64,000 nt of DNA from an uncultured Gammaproteobacteria bacterium. Lineage in GTDB: Bacteria; Pseudomonadota; Gammaproteobacteria; DRLM01. Location: the NCBI GenBank assembly GCA_963729605.1, contig CAVSNY010000005.1, forward strand, positions 96,001 through 160,000, read 5' to 3'. The notes under the pieces are model-generated. The model was given only the letters and a program-made list of their open reading frames with translations, had not been told where the DNA came from and did no database searches. Shown here in pieces: positions 44,181 through 59,127 of this stretch; the first letter of the stretch is position 1; each line of letters begins with the position of its first letter. The translations under genes and the position numbers were made by a program.

Positions 44181-44902
44181 CACGCGGACTCCTGTTGTTG
44201 CAAATACAATTCGGCCAAGGCCAGATCCTGCGGGCGGGTGATTTTAATATTGTCGGCGTGACCTTCCACCATGCGCGGGGTATAACCCGCCGCCTCGATC
44301 GCCTGCGCCTCGTCGGTGACCAGCAGGTTTTTACTCAAGGCCTGTTCCAACGCACCGCGCAGCAGCCCGAGACGGAACATCTGCGGAGTGAGCGCGCGCC
44401 ACAGGCCGTCGCGCTGCACGGTCTCCAGCACATTACCGTCGCGGTCGGTACGCTTCATGGTATCCGCCACCGGCAAACCCAGCAGCCCGCCGACCGGGTG
44501 AGCGCGCAACTCGTCGATGAGCCGGGTGATATCCGCCCCGCGCACGCAGGGCCGCGCCGCGTCGTGCACCAACACCCAATCGTCGGCGGCGGCCTGCTCC
44601 GCCAGAACGGCCAAGCCGTTGAACACCGAATGACAGCGTTCGGCGCCGCCGGCCATGCTCAACGCGATTTTCGGTTCCGGCAGCGTCAGGCGCCGAACGT
44701 ATTGATCGCCGGGCGCGACCACTACTATCACCCCCTGTATGAGCGGATGGCGGGCGATACGCTGCACCGTGTGCTCCAACACGGTTTTGCCGGACAAGGG
44801 GAGATATTGTTTGGGCAAGGCGGCGCCCATCCGGCTGCCGCTCCCCGCGGCGGGGATCACCGCCCAGAAACGCATTACAGTGGAATGTCGGTGCGGAGAC
44901 AC
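44180..44902 (-). CDS. ispD: 2-C-methyl-D-erythritol 4-phosphate cytidylyltransferase
   Basis: [38 protein letters not shown]; start could be 44875. Confidence 0.97.
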   Translation of the reverse strand: MSPHRHSTVMRFWAVIPAAGSGSRMGAALPKQYLPLSGKTVLEHTVQRIARHPLIQGVIVVVAPGDQYVRRLTLPEPKIALSMAGGAERCHSVFNGLAVLAEQAAADDWVLVHDAARPCVRGADITRLIDELRAHPVGGLLGLPVADTMKRTDRDGNVLETVQRDGLWRALTPQMFRLGLLRGALEQALSKNLLVTDEAQAIEAAGYTPRMVEGHADNIKITRPQDLALAELYLQQQESA

Positions 44903-44951
44903 GGCTCAGTCCAGCGTGATATTCAGCGGGCGGGCCGGAGTAAAGTCCGGC

Positions 44952-45224
44952 TCACCGGTCGATGACCCGAAAAAAACTTTCATTGTGTTTGATCATGCCC
45001 AGCTCGAGGCGGGCACGCTCTTCCACCGCGTCCATGCCGTGCTTGAGATCGGCGACTTCCGCGTCCAGCGCGAGATTACGTTCCTTGAGCGCGGCGTTTT
45101 CCTTTTCCTGGGCCGCGATGGCGCGATGCAATTGATACACCTCGGCGAAGCTGCCGCCGCCCACCCACAATTTGACTTGCAGCAGCACCAGCAGCACGCT
45201 GAGCGTTACGACGATCCACTTCAT
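44952..45224 (-). CDS. ftsB: Cell division protein FtsB
   Basis: TM, LW.G.GS, coiled coil, AVEERARLELGMIK..ESF; eno-ftsB-ispD synteny. Confidence 0.95.
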   Translation of the reverse strand: MKWIVVTLSVLLVLLQVKLWVGGGSFAEVYQLHRAIAAQEKENAALKERNLALDAEVADLKHGMDAVEERARLELGMIKHNESFFRVIDR

Positions 45225-45292
45225 TGCGGTTGGCGGCCTCCCCGGGTTCGCGTCACTTTAACGCGGCGGGGAGTTCGCGGCAAGCTTGGACT

Positions 45293-46579
<1,287 letters not shown>

Positions 46580-46655
46580 TTACTCCATCTCTCAAAATTA
46601 AATTTAAGGTGCATTTCAGACACCAAACAAGGGCGCGCATGGCGCGCCACTGTCG

Positions 46656-47492
46656 TTAATCCAGGTGCATCTCCGCGAAACCGCGCGCCTTGACGATTTG
46701 ATCGAGTTCTTTCAACACCGACAACAATTCTTCCATGCGTCTCAGCGGCCAGGCATTGGGGCCGTCGCTGAGCGCTTTCGCGGGATCGGGATGGGTCTCC
46801 ATGAACACGCCGGCCACCCCCGCCGCCACCGCCGCGCGCGCCAGCACCGGCACGAATTCGCGCTGGCCGCCCGACTTGCCGCCGGCGCCGCCGGGCAGTT
46901 GCACCGAATGGGTGGCGTCGAACACCACCGGGCAACCGGTGTCGCGCATCACCGCCAAGGAACGCATGTCGGAGACCAGATTATTGTAGCCGAAGGACAC
47001 GCCGCGCTCGCAGACCATGATCTGCCGATTACCGACCGCCTTGGCCTTTTCCGCGACGTGCTTCATATCCCACGGCGCGAGGAACTGGCCTTTTTTGATG
47101 TTGACCGGTTTGCCCTGGCGCGCGACGTTTTGAATGAAATTAGTCTGGCGGCACAGAAACGCCGGCGTCTGCAGCACGTCCACTACGGACGCGACTTCGG
47201 CCAGCGGCGTGTCTTCATGCACATCGGTGAGCACCGGCACCTGCAATTGCTGCTTCACCTTCTCCAGTATCTTCAAGCCGCCTTCGAGACCGGGGCCGCG
47301 GAAGCTCGCCACCGAGGTGCGGTTGGCCTTGTCGAAGGACGATTTGTAGATGAACGGGATACCCAATTTGCCGGTAAGCTCTTTGAGCATGCCCGCGGTT
47401 TCGAGCGCGAGGCCTTCGCTCTCGATGACGCAGGGACCGGCGATCAGGAACAGCGGGCGGTCCAGCCCGGCTTCGAAATCACAGAGTTTCAT
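46656..47492 (-). CDS. kdsA: KDO8P synthase
   Basis: [46 protein letters not shown]; pyrG-kdsA-eno synteny. Confidence 0.97.
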   Translation of the reverse strand: MKLCDFEAGLDRPLFLIAGPCVIESEGLALETAGMLKELTGKLGIPFIYKSSFDKANRTSVASFRGPGLEGGLKILEKVKQQLQVPVLTDVHEDTPLAEVASVVDVLQTPAFLCRQTNFIQNVARQGKPVNIKKGQFLAPWDMKHVAEKAKAVGNRQIMVCERGVSFGYNNLVSDMRSLAVMRDTGCPVVFDATHSVQLPGGAGGKSGGQREFVPVLARAAVAAGVAGVFMETHPDPAKALSDGPNAWPLRRMEELLSVLKELDQIVKARGFAEMHLD

Positions 47493-47497
47493 GGCGA

Positions 47498-49195
<1,698 letters not shown>

Positions 49196-49346
49196 TTACT
49201 CAATGGAGACGCTCTAACTTAAACGGCATGCAAGGCCGGGTCGGAACGCGATCATGCCGGGCCTCCGCCGTGCGCCGGCGGCGATGGATCGGCACGCCGC
49301 GCTTAAAACATTTCTTCATAAGCAGGGGAAAAGCAAACCCTCTCGC

Positions 49347-49378
49347 AATAAAAGGCCGGGTTCCCCCGGCCTTTTATT
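49347..49378. terminator. Bidirectional rho-independent terminator downstream of yccA
   Basis: AATAAAAGGCCGGG-TTCC-CCCGGCCTTTTATT. Confidence 0.8.
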
Positions 49379-49405
49379 ATCGAACTAGAACGCTGCGTTT
49401 ACAGC

Positions 49406-50101
49406 TTATTCATCACTGTTCGCCGCGCCCAGCAGGTGCAACAGGCTGGTGAATAAATTGTAGATGGCCACGTAGAGCGAAACGGTGGCGAGGATGTAGT
49501 TGGTCTCGCCGCCGTTGATGATGCGACTGGTCTCGAACAGGATCAGGCCGCACATCAGCAGGACGAACATCGCGGAGATCGCCAAGGCCACGCCGGGCAG
49601 CGCCACGCCGAACAGCGAGGCCACCAACACCGCGATGGCACCGAGAAAGGCGACCATGATGCCGGCGAACAGGAAACCGCCCAAAAAGTTGAAGTCCTTA
49701 CGGGTGGTCAACACGTAGGCGGACAAACCGAGGAAGATGGCGCCGGTGCCGCCCATGGCCATCATCACGATCTGCGGGCCGTTGGCCATGCCGAGGTAGT
49801 GATTCAGGATGGGCCCCAAACCGAAACCCAACAGGCCGGTGACGGCGAACACTACGCCCAGGCCCGCGGCGGAATCGGCGGTGCGGGGTACGACGAACCA
49901 CAACAACGCTAAGGCTCCCACCGAGCACAGCAGGCTGACGATGGGGGATACGTTCAAGGCCATGGAGACACCCGCCGTGACCGCGCTGAACAACAGCGTC
50001 ATGGCAAGCAGCGCGTAGGTATTACGCAATACCTTATTGGTATCAGCGGCCAGTTGAGCCCCGCCGCGCGTGGTGGCTACGGATTGCTGATAAGGATTCA
50101 T
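49406..50101 (-). CDS. yccA: Bax inhibitor-1/YccA family membrane protein
   Basis: NKVLRNTYALL, about 7 TM segments, IINGGETNYI.AT.SLY..IYNLF; AGGAGG RBS. Confidence 0.93.
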   Translation of the reverse strand: MNPYQQSVATTRGGAQLAADTNKVLRNTYALLAMTLLFSAVTAGVSMALNVSPIVSLLCSVGALALLWFVVPRTADSAAGLGVVFAVTGLLGFGLGPILNHYLGMANGPQIVMMAMGGTGAIFLGLSAYVLTTRKDFNFLGGFLFAGIMVAFLGAIAVLVASLFGVALPGVALAISAMFVLLMCGLILFETSRIINGGETNYILATVSLYVAIYNLFTSLLHLLGAANSDE

Positions 50102-50334
50102 GGTGAAATAACCTCCTAGTGGACTCGATGTGATATTCAATTAGGGCCTAGCTTACCGGCGCTCGCTACAAAAAACCAGCTTGGGACAGACTCGCAACCC
50201 GCCAGGCATCGCGAATTTCCCAGCCCGCCAAAAACCCGCCCATCTTCAAGGTAACTTCGTGTGAATACTGATATCCCCAGGAATATGAACGAGCTCGTGA
50301 TCGAACCGATCTGACCACCGGACGTCCCACAAGT

Positions 50335-51231
50335 TCAGCTTGCGGCCCCTGCTTTGCTGGCCATCCCCTGCCGGCCGGCGATCCACGCCCCGGCCAAGAT
50401 GAAGGCGCCGCCCATCCATTCGCGGGCACCCAGCATCTCCCCCGCCAACCATTGCGCCGACACGGCACCGACCAACACTTCGAGCAATAAAATCACCGAG
50501 GAGCGGTGCACCGGCAAACGCGTCACCCCATACACCAAACAAAGGCTGGCCAAGGCCACGCCGAACATCCCGAGCAGCAGGGCCACCGGCAAGGCCGCGC
50601 CGCGCCACTCCGCCGCACCGCCGACGCCCGCCGCCGCCAAGCCCCCCGCCAGCAAACTCACGCCGACCCACGGCACCACGGTCTTCAAGGCGATGGACAC
50701 GCCGTCGGCCTTGCGGATGAGCACGTTGGCCAAACCAAACCCGACACCGGACGACAAGGCCAGCACATCGGCGCGGCCCTGCGGCCAAGGCATGCCCAAC
50801 TGCGGGTCCCATAAAACCACCAGCGCCCCGCCCAGCGCCAGTACCAGGGTGACCCACGCCCCCGCCGGCAAACGCTCGCGCAATAACAGCCGGGCCAGCA
50901 ACACCGCCCATACCGGCGAGAGATAAAACAACAACAGTACCCGCACCACTTGGCCGTCGACGATGGCGAGAATGAAGGCGGTGTTGCACCAGCCGCTGGC
51001 CAGGGCCAGGGCCAGCAACAAACCCGCCCGCCGCGCGATATGCTCGCGCTGCCGCCACAACCAGGGCAAACCAAGTACGCAGGCCGCGCCGAACAAAACG
51101 AAGGTCGCCCACAAACCCGGCATGCCCTGCTGCTCCAGCCAGCGCAGCGGCCACCACACCACTCCCCAAAAAGTAGCGCTGACCAGCAAGGCGAGCACGG
51201 GCAATAAGTCGGATCTCGGGTTGGTCGGCAT
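50335..51231 (-). CDS. DMT/EamA family transporter
   Basis: About 10 hydrophobic helices, SATFWG..WWPLR, LLFYLSPVW, SSVILLLE. Confidence 0.88.
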   Translation of the reverse strand: MPTNPRSDLLPVLALLVSATFWGVVWWPLRWLEQQGMPGLWATFVLFGAACVLGLPWLWRQREHIARRAGLLLALALASGWCNTAFILAIVDGQVVRVLLLFYLSPVWAVLLARLLLRERLPAGAWVTLVLALGGALVVLWDPQLGMPWPQGRADVLALSSGVGFGLANVLIRKADGVSIALKTVVPWVGVSLLAGGLAAAGVGGAAEWRGAALPVALLLGMFGVALASLCLVYGVTRLPVHRSSVILLLEVLVGAVSAQWLAGEMLGAREWMGGAFILAGAWIAGRQGMASKAGAAS

Positions 51232-51407
51232 CAAGGGATGTCCTATACTGGGCGGGCTCGCGTCATCATGACGTCGTATGCCGAGGTGAATGCAAATTTG
51301 GGGCGGGCCGTCCCGCGCACCGGCGAGCCGGGCGAGGGTTCCTCATCCCGGAACATGATAACGGACTGCCGCCGGCCCTGTTGAGCTAAAACTTTTGATA
51401 AACCACC

Positions 51408-52604
51408 ATGAATCCCGATCTGCACAAATTACAAGCCTACCCTTTCGAAAAACTCGCCGCGCTCAAGGCCGGCCTCACGCCGCCCGCCGATAAAACCGGC
51501 ATCGCCCTGTCCATCGGCGAACCCCAGCACAGCGCGCCCGCCTTCGTGGTCGATGCGCTCATCAATCATGTGCAGGGCCTCGCCCATTACCCGCTCACCA
51601 AAGGTACGCTCGCCTTGCGCGAGGCCATCGCCGCCTGGCTGACGCGGCGCTTCGCGCTGCCGGCCGGCGCCCTCGATCCCGAACGCCATGTCATCCCGGT
51701 CAACGGCACCCGCGAGGCCCTGTTCTCCTTCGCGCAGGCGGTGATCGACCGCGCCACGCGACCGCTGGTGGTGATGCCCAATCCGTTTTATCAAATCTAC
51801 GAAGGCGCCGCCTTGCTGGCCGGCGCCGAGCCGTGGTTTCACAACACCACCGCCGACACCGGTTTCGTTCCCGAGTTCGCCGCCGTACCCGCCGAGGTGT
51901 GGCGGCGCGCGCAACTGGTCTATCTCTGTTCGCCCGGCAACCCCACCGGCGCGGTGGCCGACGAGACCGCCCTGCGGCGGCTCATCGCCCTCGCCGACCA
52001 GCACGACTTCATCATCGCCGCCGACGAGTGTTATTCGGAAATCTATCCCGACGAACAACGCCCGCCGCTGGGCCTGCTCGAAGTCTGCCAACGGATGGGC
52101 CGCGACGACTTCCGCCGCTGCGTGGTCTTTCACAGCCTGTCCAAACGCTCCAACCTGCCGGGCCTGCGTTCCGGCTTCGTGGCCGGCGATGCAGAGATAC
52201 TCAAACACTATCTGCGCTACCGCACCTATCACGGCTGCGCCCTGCCTCCGCCGGTGCAGGCGGCCAGCATCGCGGCCTGGGGCGACGAACGGCATGTGCG
52301 CGCCAACCGCGATCTCTACCGGCAAAAATTCAGCGCGGTGTTGGATATCCTCCAACCGGTGCTGGAGGTCTCCGCCCCCGACGCCAGCTTCTATCTCTGG
52401 CCGCGCACGCCCATCGATGAACAAGACTTCGCCCGACGGCTGTTCGCCGCCCAGCACGTCACCGTGCTGCCGGGTAGCTATTTATCCCGCGAGGCCCACG
52501 GGCTCAATCCCGGCCGCAACCGGATCCGCATAGCCCTGGTGCCGCCCCTGGCGGACTGCATCGAGGCCGCCCGCCGCATCCGCGAATTCGTCGCCACACT
52601 TTAA
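51408..52604 (+). CDS. dapC: Succinyldiaminopimelate aminotransferase
   Basis: LQAYPFEKL, NGTREALF, PNPFYQIYEGA, SPGNPTG, DECYSE, SLSKRSN.PGLRSG; upstream of dapD. Confidence 0.95.
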   Translation: MNPDLHKLQAYPFEKLAALKAGLTPPADKTGIALSIGEPQHSAPAFVVDALINHVQGLAHYPLTKGTLALREAIAAWLTRRFALPAGALDPERHVIPVNGTREALFSFAQAVIDRATRPLVVMPNPFYQIYEGAALLAGAEPWFHNTTADTGFVPEFAAVPAEVWRRAQLVYLCSPGNPTGAVADETALRRLIALADQHDFIIAADECYSEIYPDEQRPPLGLLEVCQRMGRDDFRRCVVFHSLSKRSNLPGLRSGFVAGDAEILKHYLRYRTYHGCALPPPVQAASIAAWGDERHVRANRDLYRQKFSAVLDILQPVLEVSAPDASFYLWPRTPIDEQDFARRLFAAQHVTVLPGSYLSREAHGLNPGRNRIRIALVPPLADCIEAARRIREFVATL

Positions 52605-52681
52605 AACGCAGCGAGTGACCAATCCGTTATAATGTCGCCCTTTCGGCGGCCAGCGGGCCGCCGTAACGTTAAGTGGAGTGG

Positions 52682-53506
<825 letters not shown>

Positions 53507-53507
53507 G

Positions 53508-53858
53508 ATGATGGTCCTCTACGGCATCAAGAATTGCGACACGGTGAAAAAGGCGCGCCGCTGGCTGGATGGGCACGGCGTCGCCTACCGCTTTCACGAT
53601 TTTCGCGCCGACGGTCTCGACGAAAAACAGCTCGCGCGCTGGGTGAAACAACTCGGCTGGGAAACGGTGCTCAATCGCCGCGGCACGAGTTGGCGCGGAT
53701 TGAGCGAGGCGCAGCGCGCACAGGTAGTCGATGCGCGCGGCGCCATCGCCGCAATACTGACGCAACCGGCGCTGATCAAGCGGCCGGTGCTTGAAAACGG
53801 CGGCGTATTGCATATCGGCTTTGCCGAAACCGATTACGCCGCGCTGTTCAAAAAATAA
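53508..53858 (+). CDS. yffB: ArsC/Spx-family (YffB-like) protein
   Basis: LYGIKNCDTVKKARRWL, FHDFR, NRRGTSWR, LIKRPV; lies between dapD and dapE. Confidence 0.9.
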   Translation: MMVLYGIKNCDTVKKARRWLDGHGVAYRFHDFRADGLDEKQLARWVKQLGWETVLNRRGTSWRGLSEAQRAQVVDARGAIAAILTQPALIKRPVLENGGVLHIGFAETDYAALFKK

Positions 53859-55028
<1,170 letters not shown>

Positions 55029-55144
55029 CGCAGGCGGTCAGACCGGCTACTCTTATGAGGGCTAATGGTTTTCGAGTCGCGTCCGAAAACTCTGTAAGAC
55101 CCCTGCTGGTGGCCTGTAATCCTACATATCGCAAAAGGGTGGCT

Positions 55145-55549
55145 ATGGAACAGGACGATATCTCAAAAGAACGGCGGCTGTTCTCCCGTATTCCTTTTAA
55201 TGGCAGCGTCACCCTCATCAGCGACGAAGGCCGTTGGGTCTGCAACCTGGTGGACATTTCGCTCAAAGGCGTCTTGATCGACCAACCCGAGGGGTGGGCC
55301 GGCAAAATAGGGCAGTCCTTCCAATTGGAGATCAGCCTGAGCGAGGGCAAGGTCAACATCACCATGGATGTGGCGACTTCCCACATCCGCGATCAACGCA
55401 TCGGTTTCTGCTGCACCCACATCGATCTTGAAAGCATCACCCATCTGCGCCGCCTGCTGGAACTCAACATCGGCGACGAAGAACAAATGAACCGCGAACT
55501 CTCCGCGTTGATTTTCAATATCTGCAACGTCTCTTCCAACGGGCGCTGA
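55145..55549 (+). CDS. PilZ-domain protein
   Basis: ERRLFSR (RxxxR) and DISLKG (DxSxxG) motifs, IDLESITHLRRL.ELN tail. Confidence 0.9.
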   Translation: MEQDDISKERRLFSRIPFNGSVTLISDEGRWVCNLVDISLKGVLIDQPEGWAGKIGQSFQLEISLSEGKVNITMDVATSHIRDQRIGFCCTHIDLESITHLRRLLELNIGDEEQMNRELSALIFNICNVSSNGR

Positions 55550-55665
55550 GCGGCGCCTGTGGCGTCACGCGTACACCAAATCACCTTGCGTTCGTCTCCA
55601 CCGGTTTGATAAAACACCCCGCTGAACAAGCGCCGGTTCGGCGCATCGTCTCATTAGAATAAATT

Positions 55666-57834
55666 TTAGCCGGCGGCCGCGCATTGCCGGGTTGGATGCA
55701 GCCGCGGCTGGCCGTGATGAGTATGAGCGGTATCCCAGTCTGCTTGCCCGACCGCGTCGAGCACGATGACGCGATCGGCGCTGGCGATGGTCTCGGGCCG
55801 ATGCGCGACGATGACGCGGGTCAATTTGAGTTGGGCGATGGCCTGGTTGACCTGCTGTTCGCGGGCGAGGTCGAGATGGCTGGTGGCTTCGTCCAGAAAA
55901 AGGATTTTGGGATTTTTATAAAGGGCGCGTGCCAGCAGCAGGCGCTGACGCTGACCGCCCGACAGCGCCGTTCCCATATCGCCGATCAGGGTGTGATAGG
56001 CCATGGGCATGGCCATGATGTCCTGTGCCACCGCGGCCAGTTGCGCACAATAATGAATACGTTCCAGTTCCGGTTGCGGGTCGAAGAAAGCGATGTTATC
56101 GGCGATGGAGCCGGCGAACAGTTGATCTTCCTGCATGACGGTACCGATGATTCCGCGGTACTGTTCCACGCCCAGCCGCGAAACCGGAACGCCGCCCACC
56201 AGCACCTCGCCACCGCTGGCCGGCAACAGGCCCAGCATGATCTTCAACAAGGTCGTCTTACCGCAACCGGAAGCACCGACGATCGCCACCGACTCGCCCT
56301 CCGCAATCCGCAGATTGACGTCATTAAGCACGCAAGACTCCGCCGCCGCGTAGCGAAAACTCAGATTCCTGACCTCGATATCGTAACGCCGCGGCATGGG
56401 CGCAGACCGGATATCGGCATCCGCGTCCTCGGGCTCGGTCAGGGCGACGTCGGCGACCCGCTCGGTGTGCAGCCCCAGCATCTTCAACTCTATGCCCTTT
56501 TCGATCAGTCCGATGATGCGCGCGATGAACTGCTGTTTATAAGCGATGAAGGCGAACAACATCCCCACCGAAAATCCGCCTTGTAGCACCAGGCCGGCGC
56601 CCAGGCCGATCACCGCGACGTTCTCGGCGCCGAACAAGACACCATTGACCGCCTTGAACACAATGTGCAGCCGTTGTACACGAATACCGGCGTTGAGGTG
56701 ATCGGCGGCGAGATTCTGATAAGCGGCGCGCCGGTCGGGTCCCCGATTGAAAAGTTTGAGGCTTTGCACGCCGCGCACGCTCTCCAAAAAATGCGACTGC
56801 TGCTTGGCGGCGCGCAGGATCTGTTCTTCTTCGGCCTCGCGCAAGGGGCGATACCACACCCAGCGCACCGCGCCGTATAACAAGGCCGCCGCGCATACCA
56901 CCAGCGCCAGCGGCGGACTATATATCCACATCACTATCAACGTCGCGATCACCATCAATCCATCCACTACCGCCTCGACGAAGCTGCTGGTCAAGGTGCG
57001 TTGGATGGCGTTGAGCGATTCGAAGCGCGACACCACATCGCCGAGGTGGCGTTTTTCAAAATAGTCCATCGGCAGGCGCAGCAGGTGGCGGAATAGATTG
57101 GCGATCAACTGGAGATTGATCTGTGAACTGATCACCATCAGCACCCAGGAACGCAATGCCGTCACCGCCGTCTGCATCAGCGCCAACAGCAAGAAACCCA
57201 ACGCCAGCACGGTGATCAGGTCGTGGTCTTGCGCCACCAGGGCATGATCCACCACCAGTTGCATGAACCAGGGGGCGGCGATGGCGAAGACCTCCAATAC
57301 CAGGGCGATGGATAAGACTTGCAGCAGGGCGCGTTTCAGACCGACCGGTTTGCCCAGCAAGGCGGCGAGTGAAATGCGCCGGCGCTGGGTACGCGGCACG
57401 AAATCGTGGCTGGGCGCCAATTCGAGCGCCACCCCGGTGAAATGGCGCGAGAGTTCCGCCAGGTTCAGTTGACGGCGACCGCGCGCCGGGTCGTGGATCA
57501 CCACCGCGTTCTTGCGCACCGCGACCAGGACCACGAAGTGATTCATGTCCCAATGCAGAATCGCCGGACAAGGCAGTCGCGCCAAGGCCGCCAATTCCAG
57601 CCGCACCGGGCGCGCCGATAACTGCAAGCGCCCGGCGATCTGGATGAGCTGGGCCAGGGCCGAGCCCTTGGCGGAAATCGCGTGCTGACCGCGCAAGCTG
57701 GCGAGATCGACATCATGGCCGTGATGACCCGCCACCATGGCCAGACAGGCGAGACCGCACTCCGCCGCCTCGGTCTGCATCAACAGCGGTGTCGTGGATT
57801 TACCGCCGAAATTAAGCATGCTGATCGTTTCCAT
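55666..57834 (-). CDS. Peptidase-containing ABC transporter (C39; CvaB/MchF-like)
   Basis: QTEAAECGLACL (catalytic Cys), HWDMNHFVV (His), IHDPA (Asp), TM domain, GASGCGKT, LSGGQRQR, LDEATS. Confidence 0.96.
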   Translation of the reverse strand: METISMLNFGGKSTTPLLMQTEAAECGLACLAMVAGHHGHDVDLASLRGQHAISAKGSALAQLIQIAGRLQLSARPVRLELAALARLPCPAILHWDMNHFVVLVAVRKNAVVIHDPARGRRQLNLAELSRHFTGVALELAPSHDFVPRTQRRRISLAALLGKPVGLKRALLQVLSIALVLEVFAIAAPWFMQLVVDHALVAQDHDLITVLALGFLLLALMQTAVTALRSWVLMVISSQINLQLIANLFRHLLRLPMDYFEKRHLGDVVSRFESLNAIQRTLTSSFVEAVVDGLMVIATLIVMWIYSPPLALVVCAAALLYGAVRWVWYRPLREAEEEQILRAAKQQSHFLESVRGVQSLKLFNRGPDRRAAYQNLAADHLNAGIRVQRLHIVFKAVNGVLFGAENVAVIGLGAGLVLQGGFSVGMLFAFIAYKQQFIARIIGLIEKGIELKMLGLHTERVADVALTEPEDADADIRSAPMPRRYDIEVRNLSFRYAAAESCVLNDVNLRIAEGESVAIVGASGCGKTTLLKIMLGLLPASGGEVLVGGVPVSRLGVEQYRGIIGTVMQEDQLFAGSIADNIAFFDPQPELERIHYCAQLAAVAQDIMAMPMAYHTLIGDMGTALSGGQRQRLLLARALYKNPKILFLDEATSHLDLAREQQVNQAIAQLKLTRVIVAHRPETIASADRVIVLDAVGQADWDTAHTHHGQPRLHPTRQCAAAG

Positions 57835-57836
57835 GC

Positions 57837-59084
57837 TTATAATTTTCCAGTCAAGCTGAATAAAGGATCGAATACCCATTCGATGATCCGCCGCTTGTCC
57901 AACCACACATCGGCATCCAGCAACATGCCCGATTGCAAGGCGAGTTCTTGGCGATAGGCTTTAATATTTTGTTCCTGCAAAGCCACGGTCACACGATAAA
58001 CCGGCTCGCGCAACGGCACCGGCAAAACGGCCTCGCCGGGCACGATGAGGGTCTTGGCGATCTCCTTGATACGGCCTTGCGCACTCCCGAAACGTTGATA
58101 GGGAAAGGCCTGATACCGCAGCGCGACTTGCTGCCCGGTCTCGATGAAACCGATGGCGCGGCTCGGCACCAACAACTGCGCTTCCAACACCGCCCGCGCG
58201 GGGAGAATGGTCAACAAAGGCGCACCCGGCCCGGCGGTCTGGCCGCGATCCACCAGGATGGCGGTCACCGTGCCGGCGGCGGGCGCGCTGATCACGATGC
58301 TGCGCCGCGCTTCATATTCGGTGAGTTGTTGGTTCAAGGCTTCGACATCACGTTCAATCGCCGCGCGGCGGCTGTCGGCCTGCGGGTCGTAACCCGCCAG
58401 CTCACGACGCGCATCGCCGAGATTCCGCGCCAGCGCACTGCGCTCGCGGCGTAAGGATTCGAGCCTAGATTTTTGTTCCAAGACTTGCTCGCGTTTTTCC
58501 TGAACATGGACCTCCGCCACAAAACGCTTGGCCGCGAGTTCACCATAACGGGCCGCGGTCTGCTCCACGCTGGCCAGATGTTGAGTCTGAGTATTCAAGA
58601 CGCTATCCAGTTGCGCCAATTCATTTTCGAGACCGCGCAGACGTTCTTGCAGACGGTGCTTTTGATTGACGCTGATGCGGTCTTGATTCAACAAATCGCT
58701 ATTGAGGCTGTCGCGCCGCTGTTTGAGACTGCTGATGACGGCCTGTTGCGAAGCCGGGGTATCGGTACTGCCGTGATCGGTGGATAAGACGAACAAGATA
58801 TCGCCCTGCCGCACCGTTTGTCCTTCGCTGACCCGCTTCTCCACCAAGGTGCCGGTGGCGGGGACATAGACTTTGATCAGCCCTTGGTCGGGCGCGAGGT
58901 ATCCGGTCACATGGGCCTTGCGCGTATAGTGGCCGAAACAGGCAAAAACGATGAGGGCGCCCATGATCAATAGCGCGATCGCGGTGAGTATATAAGTGCC
59001 GGGAGACGTCGATACGATTACCGTACCAAGACTACGCTCGCCTTGCGCCTCTAGCGCTTCGTGACGAAATAAGGGCATTGCCAT
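57837..59084 (-). CDS. HlyD-family membrane fusion protein (CvaA/MchE-like)
   Basis: LFR.EAL start, single TM, YTRKAHVTG.L.P, coiled coil, VPSRAIGFI..GQ.V.LRYQAFPYQRFG, IIEWVFDPL. Confidence 0.95.
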   Translation of the reverse strand: MAMPLFRHEALEAQGERSLGTVIVSTSPGTYILTAIALLIMGALIVFACFGHYTRKAHVTGYLAPDQGLIKVYVPATGTLVEKRVSEGQTVRQGDILFVLSTDHGSTDTPASQQAVISSLKQRRDSLNSDLLNQDRISVNQKHRLQERLRGLENELAQLDSVLNTQTQHLASVEQTAARYGELAAKRFVAEVHVQEKREQVLEQKSRLESLRRERSALARNLGDARRELAGYDPQADSRRAAIERDVEALNQQLTEYEARRSIVISAPAAGTVTAILVDRGQTAGPGAPLLTILPARAVLEAQLLVPSRAIGFIETGQQVALRYQAFPYQRFGSAQGRIKEIAKTLIVPGEAVLPVPLREPVYRVTVALQEQNIKAYRQELALQSGMLLDADVWLDKRRIIEWVFDPLFSLTGKL

Positions 59085-59127
59085 CGGGCGTTCTCCTTGA
59101 ATGCCGCGCATCCGCGATTCCGAAGAC